Positions 19,052-27,745 of a stretch of 64,000 nucleotides of DNA are shown here, one piece after another. The DNA lies in assembly GCA_963843845.1 (NCBI GenBank), contig CAWJMB010000002.1, positions 896,001 to 960,000 of the forward strand, read 5' to 3'. Origin of the DNA: an uncultured Gemmatimonadaceae bacterium (lineage in GTDB: Bacteria > Gemmatimonadota > Gemmatimonadetes > Gemmatimonadales > Gemmatimonadaceae). How positions within the stretch are numbered: the stretch's first letter is position 1; each line of letters opens with the position of its first letter. A program made the position numbers and the translations under genes. The notes under the pieces are model-generated. The model searched no databases, had not been told where the DNA came from, and saw only the letters and a list, made by a program, of their open reading frames with translations.

Positions 19052-20178
19052 GCGGTCGACGCCTCGAGCGGGATCGACACCCACCGCCGCTCGCGGAATG
19101 ACCGCTCGACGGCGTTGATGAGCTCCTGCACGTGCGCGCCGTCCTCGAAGCTTCCCTCGTTCTCCGGCCCATCGCCGATGATCTCGTCGACGAACGAGCG
19201 GATGAGGTTCGCGTAGAACAGCGAGCGCCACGACTCCCGCGCGTGGCCGCCGCTCGGGTAGAAGTGCGGCGGGATCTCCAGGTCGCGGAACTCGACCGCG
19301 TGCTTCGTCGCTCCCTTCAGCGACTCGGCGACGCCCCGCTCTTCGACGAGGCGACAGATCAGCGCGCCCTCGCTGCCGTAGACGCGCGCCTCGAGTCCCG
19401 GGTAGTTGCCGACCGTCACGAAGCTCGTCTGGATCGACCCGATCGCGCCGCTCGCGAACTCGCCGATGAAGATGTCGCCGTCGTCGATGTTCATGCGCAT
19501 CATCGTGCCCGTGGCGCGGACGACGCGCTCGGGCACGAAGTTCTTCATCGTCCCGACGACCTGCGCGAAGCGACTCCCCATGAACAGGTGGCCCAGGTCC
19601 ATGATCGGCGCGCCGTACCCTTCCAGCGACGAGACGTGGATCGTCGACTGGTCGGCGGTGTGGTCGACCTGGCGGAGCGGCGTCTGCGGGTCGAGCCACT
19701 GCGAGTTCTGCTCGTAGCCGTTGAAGATGAACGGCGTCCCGACGAAGCCGTCGTCGATGAGCGCCTTCATGTAGCGCATCGCCGGGCTGTAGCGGAAGGT
19801 GAAGCCGAGCTTCGTCTTGAGTCCCTTCGAGCGGGCGAGCGCGGCGGCGCGCTGCGTGTCCCGATAGTCGTAGGCGACCGGCTTCTCGCAGAGCACGTGC
19901 TTGCCTGCCTCGAGCGCGCTCCACGACAGCGCGAAGTGCGTCGCGCTCGGCGTGCACACGTCGACGACGTCGACGTCGTGACGCGCGATCAGCGCCTCGG
20001 GCGAGTCGTAGACGTGCGGCACGCCGAACGTCGCGGCCATCGCCCGCGCCCGCTCGACGACCGGGTCGGCGATCGCGACGAGCTCGCACCGCGGGTCGCG
20101 CGCCCACCCGGGCAGGTGCGCGAACTCGGCCCAGGCGCCGGCGCCTAACACTCCTACGCGGACGGGTCGGGACGGCAT
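19048..20178 (-). CDS. Gfo/Idh/MocA oxidoreductase
   Basis: GVLGAG, VCTPSATH, GKHVLCEKP. Confidence 0.9.
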   Translation of the reverse strand: MPSRPVRVGVLGAGAWAEFAHLPGWARDPRCELVAIADPVVERARAMAATFGVPHVYDSPEALIARHDVDVVDVCTPSATHFALSWSALEAGKHVLCEKPVAYDYRDTQRAAALARSKGLKTKLGFTFRYSPAMRYMKALIDDGFVGTPFIFNGYEQNSQWLDPQTPLRQVDHTADQSTIHVSSLEGYGAPIMDLGHLFMGSRFAQVVGTMKNFVPERVVRATGTMMRMNIDDGDIFIGEFASGAIGSIQTSFVTVGNYPGLEARVYGSEGALICRLVEERGVAESLKGATKHAVEFRDLEIPPHFYPSGGHARESWRSLFYANLIRSFVDEIIGDGPENEGSFEDGAHVQELINAVERSFRERRWVSIPLEASTA

Positions 20179-20253
20179 CGCGGGCGGGGTTCGTGGTGGA
20201 GGGATCGCGCACAGATTAGTGCGCGGCGCAGCGGGATGCGACAGATTGCGTGC

Positions 20254-21168
20254 ATGCGTGTGACGGTCTCCATCCCCGCCCTCGGTCTGCTCGCCGCCTG
20301 CCAGCCCGCCCCCGTGCGGTGGGACGAGGCGGCGGAACGCCAGGCGCTCGTGCCCGCGACGAGCGTCGCCGTCGACTCGATCCGCGACGCGACGCTCGGC
20401 ACCGTGTTCGCCACGCCAGCGAGCGGAGCGCGCATGCTGCCCTCGGGCGGAGCGAGCTTCGTCTCCCCGACGGGCGACGCGCCGCCCGCGCCCCCCGCCC
20501 CGACGCTGAACGCCCTCGCCGCCGCGTGCCCGCGCTCGGTGCGCGTCGCCGTCGGGCGCGGCGGCGAGCGGGTGGCCGCGTGGTGGGCGCTGCGGCCATC
20601 CGGGCGCGCGCTGCTGCTCGCGAGCCGCTCGGGTGACGCCGGAGCGACCTGGGAGACCCCGACGCGCGTCGACACGCTCGACGTCGCGACGAGCGGGTGC
20701 GACCGCCCGGCGCCCGCGGTGGCGGTCGACAGCGCGAACGGCTACGCGCACGTCGCCTACTCGATCGAGGCGCCCGAGGGGACGGGAGTGTTCTACGCGC
20801 ACCGCATGGGTCCGAGCATGCCGTTCGAGGCGCCGCGGGTCATCATCTACGGCGACCACGTCACGCCGGTGAGCGTCGCCTCGGCGGGGATGCGCGTCGT
20901 CGTCGGATACGAGGACCCGAACACCGGCGGCCGCCCCTACGTCTCGCTCGCCCTGTCGCGCAGCGCGGGGCATCTGTGGGACGAGCGGTTCGCCGTGTCG
21001 AGCGGGGCGGAGAGCGCCACGCGGCCGGCGGTCGCGCTGCGCGGGCGGCAGGTCGCCGTCGGATGGATGGTGCCGGCGTCGCCGACGACGCTGCTCGCGA
21101 CCGACGACCCGTACCGCGCGACGATCGGGGGCGGGGTGGTGGTGGTGCGCGTCGGGGAGCTTCGCTGA
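20254..21168 (+). CDS. Lipoprotein with Asp-box/BNR-like repeats
   Basis: LAAC lipobox; SGDAGATW and SRSAGHLW Asp-box-like motifs. Confidence 0.65.
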   Translation: MRVTVSIPALGLLAACQPAPVRWDEAAERQALVPATSVAVDSIRDATLGTVFATPASGARMLPSGGASFVSPTGDAPPAPPAPTLNALAAACPRSVRVAVGRGGERVAAWWALRPSGRALLLASRSGDAGATWETPTRVDTLDVATSGCDRPAPAVAVDSANGYAHVAYSIEAPEGTGVFYAHRMGPSMPFEAPRVIIYGDHVTPVSVASAGMRVVVGYEDPNTGGRPYVSLALSRSAGHLWDERFAVSSGAESATRPAVALRGRQVAVGWMVPASPTTLLATDDPYRATIGGGVVVVRVGELR

Positions 21169-21221
21169 TGCGGGCCCGGACACGCACCGTCTGACGCGCC
21201 CCGCCTGACCCGCCGCCGCGC

Positions 21222-21896
21222 ATGCACGTCCTCCTCGCCCTCTCCGACGCGACGCTGCGCGCGACGCTGCACGACGCGTTAGGCGCGGCGGGGCACGAGG
21301 TGACGATCGTGACGGACGCCGCCGCGGTCGTCGACGCGATCGCGCTCGACGGCGAGTCGATCGTGCTCGCGGGGGATAGCGCGGCGATCCCCGGCGGCGC
21401 CGCGAGCACCCTCGCGCTCGACGTCTGCCGCGCGGTGCGTCGCGACGCCCGCGCGACGACGCGGACGTTCGTGCTCGCCATGCTGCCGTCGGCGGTTCCG
21501 GGCGACATCGAGGAGCTCGTCGACGCCGGCGTCGACGACTTCATCCTCGCCGAGTCGACGCCGGCGAGCCTCGGCGCGCGCGTCGTCGCGCGGGCGACGC
21601 TCGGCGCGCGCTTCATGGCCGAGGCGGCCGCGCGGCGGAGCGCCGAGGCGGCGCTCGCGCGCACGCAGCGCTTGTTGGGCATCGACGAGGCGTCGGCGAC
21701 GTTGCAGCACGAGATCAACAATCCGCTCGCCGCGCTGCTCGCGCACGCCTCGCTCCTCGAGCAGGGGATCTACGAGCCGGGCGAGGAGCGCGAGCTGTTG
21801 GGCGTCATCACCGAGCAGGCCTACCGCATCGCCGCGGTCGTGAAGCGCCTCGCGGCGCTGCGCTATCCGGACGCGGACGAGTTCATCCCGAGCTGA
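21222..21896 (+). CDS. Degenerate receiver domain fused to HisKA (DHp), no ATPase domain
   Basis: Receiver-like N-terminus ending AGVDDFI, then LQHEINNPL H-box. Confidence 0.7.
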   Translation: MHVLLALSDATLRATLHDALGAAGHEVTIVTDAAAVVDAIALDGESIVLAGDSAAIPGGAASTLALDVCRAVRRDARATTRTFVLAMLPSAVPGDIEELVDAGVDDFILAESTPASLGARVVARATLGARFMAEAAARRSAEAALARTQRLLGIDEASATLQHEINNPLAALLAHASLLEQGIYEPGEERELLGVITEQAYRIAAVVKRLAALRYPDADEFIPS

Positions 21897-21922
21897 CGCG
21901 GCGACCCCCGATCCCCGACTCC

Positions 21923-22816
21923 ATGCACTACTTCGGCTCACACACGCCCGACAGCGGCGGGATCGCGATGGCGGCGCGGCGCGCCGGCAACGCCGGGATG
22001 CGCGCCATGCAGCTGTTCACGGCGATCCCGAAGTTCTACAACGAGAAGGTGAGCGTCCGTCCGGAGCGCCTCGAGCGCTTCCGCGAGGCCGTCGCCACGA
22101 CGACCGTGTCGCTCGCCCACACCGTGTCGCACGCGGCGTACGTGCTGAACGTCGCGACGCCGGACGCGGCGAAGTGGGGGCGCGCGGCGGCAGGGCTCGC
22201 GAAGGAGTTGGAGCGGTCGACGGCGTTGGGCCTCGGGATGGTCTGCTTCCATCCGGGGGCGGCGACCGACGGCGACCGCGACGCGGCGGTGAAGCGCGTG
22301 GCCGTCGCGATGCGCCAGGCGATCGAGGCGGTCGACGGCCAGACCCGCCTGTTGGTCGAGAATACCGCGGGCGCCGGCTCGACGGTCGCGCGCACGGCCG
22401 AGGAGATCGCCGCGATCCTGAGCGAACTGCCGTCGTCCGTTCGGCAGCGCGCGGGCTACGGGCTCGACACGTGTCACCTGTTCGCCTCCGGCTACGACAT
22501 CGCGAGCGACCCGGTCGCGTTCACGACGGTGCTCGACACGTTCACGACGACCGTGGGCGAGCCGCCGCGCTTCTTCCATCTGAACGACAGCCAGGGCGCG
22601 CTCGGCTCGAACCGCGACCGGCACATGCTGCTCGGCGACGGGGCGATCGGCGCGGACGCGTTCGGGTGGCTGCTCGCCGACCCGCGCAGCCGGAACGTGC
22701 CGCTCATTCTCGAGACGCCGCACGCGCACGACGAGCCCGCCGACGACGACGACACTCCCGACCCGAACGACGTGAAGATGATGGCGCTGCTCGCCCGACT
22801 CGCCGAGGGACGATGA
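21923..22816 (+). CDS. nfo: Endonuclease IV
   Basis: HAAYVLN, FHPG, ENTAG, DTCH, HLNDS, DRH, ILETP. Confidence 0.9.
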   Translation: MHYFGSHTPDSGGIAMAARRAGNAGMRAMQLFTAIPKFYNEKVSVRPERLERFREAVATTTVSLAHTVSHAAYVLNVATPDAAKWGRAAAGLAKELERSTALGLGMVCFHPGAATDGDRDAAVKRVAVAMRQAIEAVDGQTRLLVENTAGAGSTVARTAEEIAAILSELPSSVRQRAGYGLDTCHLFASGYDIASDPVAFTTVLDTFTTTVGEPPRFFHLNDSQGALGSNRDRHMLLGDGAIGADAFGWLLADPRSRNVPLILETPHAHDEPADDDDTPDPNDVKMMALLARLAEGR

Positions 22817-24441
22817 CTCGCCCCGCACACCGCCGCGCGGCCACAGCGGCCGCGGTGGCCTTCGGCACCGCGGCCGCCGTGTGCGGCGCGACGCCGAGCG
22901 CCGCGCAGCGCGCCGGGCCGACTGGGCCGACGACGTCGCCGGGCGTGTTCGTGCTCGTGAACGGCGACGACACCGTCGCCGTCGAGCGCCTCCGTCTCGC
23001 CGGCGACACCGTCATCGCCGAGGCGCGGTCGCCGAGAGCGCCGGCGCGCGTGCGGCTGACGATCGCGACGGCCCGCGACGGGCTCGTGTCGCAGGTGCGG
23101 CTCGAAGCGTTCCTCGCTGCCGCGGCCGACGACGCGCCGCCGGCACAGCAGGCGCGCTTTCGCTTCGACGGCGATACGGTGCGCATCGACGGCGTCACGA
23201 CGGCGTCGGTGCCGGCGATCCGCGGCACACTGCCGTGGCTCAACCCGTCGATGGCCCTCGTCGAGCAGATCGTGCGGCGCGCCCGGGCGCTCGGCAGCGC
23301 GTCGGTGCAGGTGCCGATGATCGACCTGTCGTCGGGGCAGAAGTTCACCGTCGCCGTCGAGCGCAACGGCCCCGACTCGGCGATCGTGCGGCTGCCGACC
23401 GCGGAGATGCGGCTCGCCATCGCGGCAGACGGGCGGGTCGTCGGCGGGGTGGTGCCGGCGCAGCGCGTGCGGATCACCCGCGTCGCGGCCATCGACGCCG
23501 GCGCTGGCCGCCCGCACGTGCCGGACTACTCCGCCCCGCCGAGCGCGCCGTACGTGGCCGAGGAGGTGCGCGTCGCGACGCCGGGCGGGTTCGCGCTCGC
23601 CGGCACGTTCACGCGCCCGCGGACGGCAGCCGGGGTCCGCGTCCCCGCCGTCGTGACGATCACGGGATCGGGGCAGTCGGACCGTGACGAGGCGCTGAAC
23701 GGGATGCGCGGGTACCGCCCGTTCCGCGACCTCGCCGACACGCTCGGGCGACGCGGCATCGCCGTACTCCGTCTCGACGACCGCGGCTTCGGTGCGTCGG
23801 GAGGGAGCGCGGCGACGGCGACGTCGCAGGATTTCGCGAGCGACGTACGGGCGGCGCTCGCCTGGCTGCGCGCCCGCCCCGACGTCGACCCGGCGCGGCT
23901 GGGGCTCGTCGGCCACAGCGAGGGGGGACTCATCGCGCCACTCGTCGCCGACGGCGATACCTCGCTCGCCGCGATGGTCCTCATGGCCGGGCCGGCGTGG
24001 ACGGGACGGCGCATTCTCTCGCAGCAGCAGGAGTACGCGGTCACGAGCAACGCATCGATCCTCCCGGCACAGCGCGACTCGCTGCTCGCGCGCATGCGGC
24101 AGGCGACCGACTCGGTCGGGCGGGCGCAGCCGTGGCTCCGCTTCTTCCTCGACTACGACCCGGTCCCCACGGCGCGCCGCGTGCGCGTGCCCACGCTCGT
24201 GCTGCAGGGCGCGACCGACCGCCAGATCGACCCGGCGCAGGCCGAGGAGTTGGCGGCGGCGCTGCGCTCGGGAGGGAACCGCGCCGTCCAGCTCCGCACG
24301 TTCCCGACGACGAACCACCTGTTCCTCGAGGATCCGAGCGGCGACCCGGCCGGGTACGGCGCCCTCGCCGCGACGCGCGTGCGCTCCGACGTTCTCGGGG
24401 TGATCGCCGACTGGCTCTCGACGACGCTGCGCGTAAAGTGA
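22813..24441 (+). CDS. Secreted alpha/beta hydrolase
   Basis: ITGSGQSDRDE, DDRGFGAS, GHSEGG, QGATDRQI, NHLF. Confidence 0.88.
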   Translation: MTRPAHRRAATAAAVAFGTAAAVCGATPSAAQRAGPTGPTTSPGVFVLVNGDDTVAVERLRLAGDTVIAEARSPRAPARVRLTIATARDGLVSQVRLEAFLAAAADDAPPAQQARFRFDGDTVRIDGVTTASVPAIRGTLPWLNPSMALVEQIVRRARALGSASVQVPMIDLSSGQKFTVAVERNGPDSAIVRLPTAEMRLAIAADGRVVGGVVPAQRVRITRVAAIDAGAGRPHVPDYSAPPSAPYVAEEVRVATPGGFALAGTFTRPRTAAGVRVPAVVTITGSGQSDRDEALNGMRGYRPFRDLADTLGRRGIAVLRLDDRGFGASGGSAATATSQDFASDVRAALAWLRARPDVDPARLGLVGHSEGGLIAPLVADGDTSLAAMVLMAGPAWTGRRILSQQQEYAVTSNASILPAQRDSLLARMRQATDSVGRAQPWLRFFLDYDPVPTARRVRVPTLVLQGATDRQIDPAQAEELAAALRSGGNRAVQLRTFPTTNHLFLEDPSGDPAGYGALAATRVRSDVLGVIADWLSTTLRVK

Positions 24442-24575
24442 CCGGACGCACCTTTTTCCAGCCCCCTCTTGCGAGAGCGAGCGTACGGCTATTGCGTCTG
24501 CGCAGAGCGCACTTAGGTTTGGGCGCGATCGCTCCCTAATTCATCACCGCGCTCGATCCCTCTCCAGGAGACGCG

Positions 24576-25025
24576 ATGCCCACTGCGAAGAAGTCGTCCG
24601 CGAAGAAGGCTGCGCCGGCCAAGAAGGCGGCGGCGAAGGCTCCGGCCAAGAAGGCGGCCGCCAAGGCCCCGGCGAAGCAGGCCGCGGCGAAAGCCCCGGC
24701 GGCGAAGAAGGCAGCTCCGGCGAAGAAGGCCGCCACGAAGGCCCCGGCGAAGAAGAGCGGCGCCAAGCGGGCGCTGAACCCGGCGCTCGCCGCGCCGATG
24801 ACGTCGAGCCCCGAGCTGCAGGGAATCGTCGGCACGCAGCCGATCCCGCGCTCCGAGATCACGAAGCGCATCTGGGCCTACATCAAGAAGAACGGCCTCC
24901 AGGACTCGGTGAACCGTCGCGCCATCAACGCCGACGACAAGCTCCGCCCGATCTTCGGCGGCAAGAACCAGGTCTCGATGTTCGAGATGACGGCGCTCGT
25001 GAACAAGCACATGAAGCCCGCCTGA
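24576..25025 (+). CDS. SWIB/MDM2-domain protein with Lys/Ala-rich histone-H1-like N-terminus
   Basis: AKKAAAKAPAKK repeats, then RSEITKRIWAYIKKNGLQD..INADDKL..VSMFEM; AGGAG RBS. Confidence 0.9.
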   Translation: MPTAKKSSAKKAAPAKKAAAKAPAKKAAAKAPAKQAAAKAPAAKKAAPAKKAATKAPAKKSGAKRALNPALAAPMTSSPELQGIVGTQPIPRSEITKRIWAYIKKNGLQDSVNRRAINADDKLRPIFGGKNQVSMFEMTALVNKHMKPA

Positions 25026-25047
25026 TCGACCGCGACCGCGCGCTATG

Positions 25048-25082
25048 ACGAGGGGGTGCCCGGAAACGGCGCACCCCCTCGT
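25048..25082 (+). terminator. Hairpin downstream of the SWIB gene
   Basis: ACGAGGGGGTGC...GCACCCCCTCGT. Confidence 0.65.
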
Positions 25083-25153
25083 TGCGTAGGGCCTTCCGGG
25101 TCATCTTTCCGTCCGTCCGTCCGCCGTTCGTTCTCGTCGCTCTTCCCGCCGCC

Positions 25154-25978
25154 GTGGCCGCTCCCTCACGCACTCGCTCCGAATCGAACCTGCTCGCCGC
25201 GGCGCGCGGGGGGCCCTCGCAGAACCGCTCGTCGTCTCGATCGAAGAAGCCGGAGAAGCCGGCGACGACGTGGGACAGCGTCCGCGCGTTCCTCGGCACG
25301 GTACTGATCTTCCTGCTGATCCGCACGTTCCTCTTCGAGGCGTTCCGCATTCCGTCGCCGAGCATGGTCCCGTCGCTGCTCGTCGGCGACTGGCTGTTCG
25401 TGAACAAGCTCGTCTACGGGCCGCACGTCCCGTTCACCACCGTGAACCTGCCCGGCTACGCGGACCCGAAGCGCGGCGACATCGTCGTCTTCATCTCGCC
25501 GTACCAGGCCGACGAGGCGGCGCGCGGCAACGACCCGACGCCGACGCTCGTGAAGCGGATGTGGGGAACGCCGGGCGACACGGTCTACATGCGCGACGGA
25601 GTGCTGCACATCAACGGGATTCCGCACCCGCAGGGGCGCGAGTACGCGAACAATCCGCAGGGCGATCCGAGCGAGGTGCACGAGCTGTTCGGGTGGCAGC
25701 GGCAGTACGCGCTCGCGGGCTCGCGCTTCGGGGCCGTGCCGGCCCAGCCGACGCACGACAACTGGGGGCCGCTGGTCGTTCCCGCGGCGCGGTACCTGAT
25801 GCTCGGCGACAACCGGTACAACTCGAAGGACTCGCGGTACTGGGGGTTCGTGCCGCGAGAGAACTTCCGGGGGCGGCCGATCTTCGTGTACTACTCGTAC
25901 AACGCCGACGACAGCGATCGGGCGTTGCCGTTCCTGACGGATATTCGGTGGGGGCGGTTGGGGCACATCATCCGGTAG
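25154..25978 (+). CDS. lepB: Signal peptidase I (start uncertain)
   Basis: IPSPSMVPSLLVGD, LVKR, GDNRYNSKDSRYWG. Confidence 0.92.
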   Translation: MAAPSRTRSESNLLAAARGGPSQNRSSSRSKKPEKPATTWDSVRAFLGTVLIFLLIRTFLFEAFRIPSPSMVPSLLVGDWLFVNKLVYGPHVPFTTVNLPGYADPKRGDIVVFISPYQADEAARGNDPTPTLVKRMWGTPGDTVYMRDGVLHINGIPHPQGREYANNPQGDPSEVHELFGWQRQYALAGSRFGAVPAQPTHDNWGPLVVPAARYLMLGDNRYNSKDSRYWGFVPRENFRGRPIFVYYSYNADDSDRALPFLTDIRWGRLGHIIR

Positions 25979-25988
25979 CGACTCGGCG

Positions 25989-26021
25989 ACGGGACGGCGG
26001 GACGGCGGGACGGCGGGACGG
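25989..26021. repeat. CGGGACGG tandem repeat after the lepB stop
   Basis: acgggacggcgggacggcgggacggcgggacgg. Confidence 0.75.
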
Positions 26022-26259
26022 TGCAGGCGGTGGGACGCCGACGATGACGCGGGAGAATCGGACGTAGGTATGCCCTGACGGCCTCGCTCCCGTCCCGCTT
26101 CACCGGCAGCGCCGTTCCGACGGCGCCTCACCGCCGACGCTGCCACGCCGTCCCGTCCCCCCCTCTCGACCCCGCCCCATCGACCCCGCCGTCCGGGTCG
26201 TTCCCCTCGCTCGCCGCCGGCCCCTAGCGTCTCGCCGAGCCTGGCGATAAACGTGACGC

Positions 26260-27228
26260 ATGCTCGCCCCCCTCTCCGCGCTGCTGGTCGCCGCGGCCGC
26301 GCCCGTCGTTCCACTCGCGCACGACACCGGCACCGTTCGCGCCGACTCGCTGACCTCGGCCGCGCTCGGCGTACGGAAGCGGGTGCTCGTCTACCTGCCG
26401 CCGTCGTACGGGCACGACGCCAGACGGCGGTACCCGGTCGTCTATCTGCTGCACGGGCTGTGGGGCGACGAGACGAACTGGACGCAGCTCGGTCGCGCGA
26501 ACGCGGCGATGGACTCGCTCGTGGCGGCCGGCGGGCGCGAGATGATCGTCGTCATGCCCGACGGCGACGACGGGTGGTACACGACGTGGGCACGCCCTGC
26601 CGACCGCGCGGCGTGCGTCGCCGACACCGCGCGGACGGAGCCGGCCGCGTCGTACTGCGTCGCCGCGGGGCGCTACGACGACTACGTGGCGCACGACGTC
26701 GTGCGCCACGTCGATGGCCGCTACCGCACGATCGCGCGGCGCGACGGGCGGGCGATCGCGGGGCTCAGCATGGGCGGCTACGGCGCGGTGACGCTCGCGC
26801 TCCGTCACCCCGAGCTGTTCGCCGCCGCGGCGAGCCACTCCGGCATCCTCGCCCCGCTCACGATCACGCCGCGCGGCGCCTCGACGCCGGGCGAGACCGC
26901 GTCGACCGACGCGCTGCGCGCCTTCTACGGAGCGCTCTACCCGACGATGGTGCCGGCGTTCGGCGCCACGGTCGCCGACTGGCGGGCGCGCGACCCGGGG
27001 CGGCTCCTGACGCGCGCCGCGACGCGCGTGGCGCTGTTCATCGACGTCGGCGCCGACGACCCGTGGGTCGCGCAGTCGCGCGCGTTCCGCGCCGCGGCCG
27101 AGCGTGCGGGGGCGCGCGTGGCGTACGCGGAGTGGCCCGGCGGCCACACGTGGGCGTACTGGCGCGCGCACGTGCCGGCGAGCCTCGCGTGGCTCGCCGC
27201 GCGGCTGGCGCCCAGCGAGCCCCGGTGA
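26260..27228 (+). CDS. Secreted esterase (putative-esterase/antigen-85-like family)
   Basis: VYLPPSY, YPVVYLLHG, GLSMGG, GGHTWAYW. Confidence 0.88.
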   Translation: MLAPLSALLVAAAAPVVPLAHDTGTVRADSLTSAALGVRKRVLVYLPPSYGHDARRRYPVVYLLHGLWGDETNWTQLGRANAAMDSLVAAGGREMIVVMPDGDDGWYTTWARPADRAACVADTARTEPAASYCVAAGRYDDYVAHDVVRHVDGRYRTIARRDGRAIAGLSMGGYGAVTLALRHPELFAAAASHSGILAPLTITPRGASTPGETASTDALRAFYGALYPTMVPAFGATVADWRARDPGRLLTRAATRVALFIDVGADDPWVAQSRAFRAAAERAGARVAYAEWPGGHTWAYWRAHVPASLAWLAARLAPSEPR

Positions 27229-27235
27229 CGGCGCG

Positions 27236-27745
27236 ATGAGGCCCTCCTTCTTCCCGCGGGAAACGCATCCCTTCCACGCCCTCGAGCTCTCGGCGTGGCG
27301 CACGCTGTCGCTGCGGCTCGTCGAGATGGCGGTCATCACCGGCGTGCTGCTGCGCGCGCTGCGGGCGTTCGCGCTGACGCACGTCGCCACCACGGGCGGC
27401 ACCGCGCTCGCGTTCGTGCTCGGCGCGGCGCTGCTCTTCGGGATGCTGACGCTGCACCTCGCGAACTACCCCGTGCGCCGCTGGCCGGCGCGCGTCGCCG
27501 CGTTCGCGCTCGTCGAGGCGCTCACCGAACTGCTCGTCAGCGCGGCGCTCATCGCGGCGCACCGCGAGCCGTTGGGCACCACCGGCCGCGCGGCGTGGAA
27601 CGACCTCTCGTCGATGGCGCTCTCGACACTCCTCTGGCGCGTCGTGCCGCTCGCGCTGTTCGCGCTCGTGCTCGCCGGCGTCGTGCAGCTCGTGCGCCGG
27701 CTGCTGCGCCGCCGCCCGCTCCCTTCCACTCCGTTCGGCTCATGA
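27236..27745 (+). CDS. Hypothetical membrane protein
   Basis: About 4 hydrophobic segments; coupled to the next gene. Confidence 0.7.
   Translation: MRPSFFPRETHPFHALELSAWRTLSLRLVEMAVITGVLLRALRAFALTHVATTGGTALAFVLGAALLFGMLTLHLANYPVRRWPARVAAFALVEALTELLVSAALIAAHREPLGTTGRAAWNDLSSMALSTLLWRVVPLALFALVLAGVVQLVRRLLRRRPLPSTPFGS

Noticed and set aside
15762..19172. Apparent giant or fused ORFs (also 51238..55080, 27942..30857, 35524..38478, 56175..58901)
   Set aside because: The N-terminal extensions are off-frame read-through of neighbouring genes; true starts are internal.
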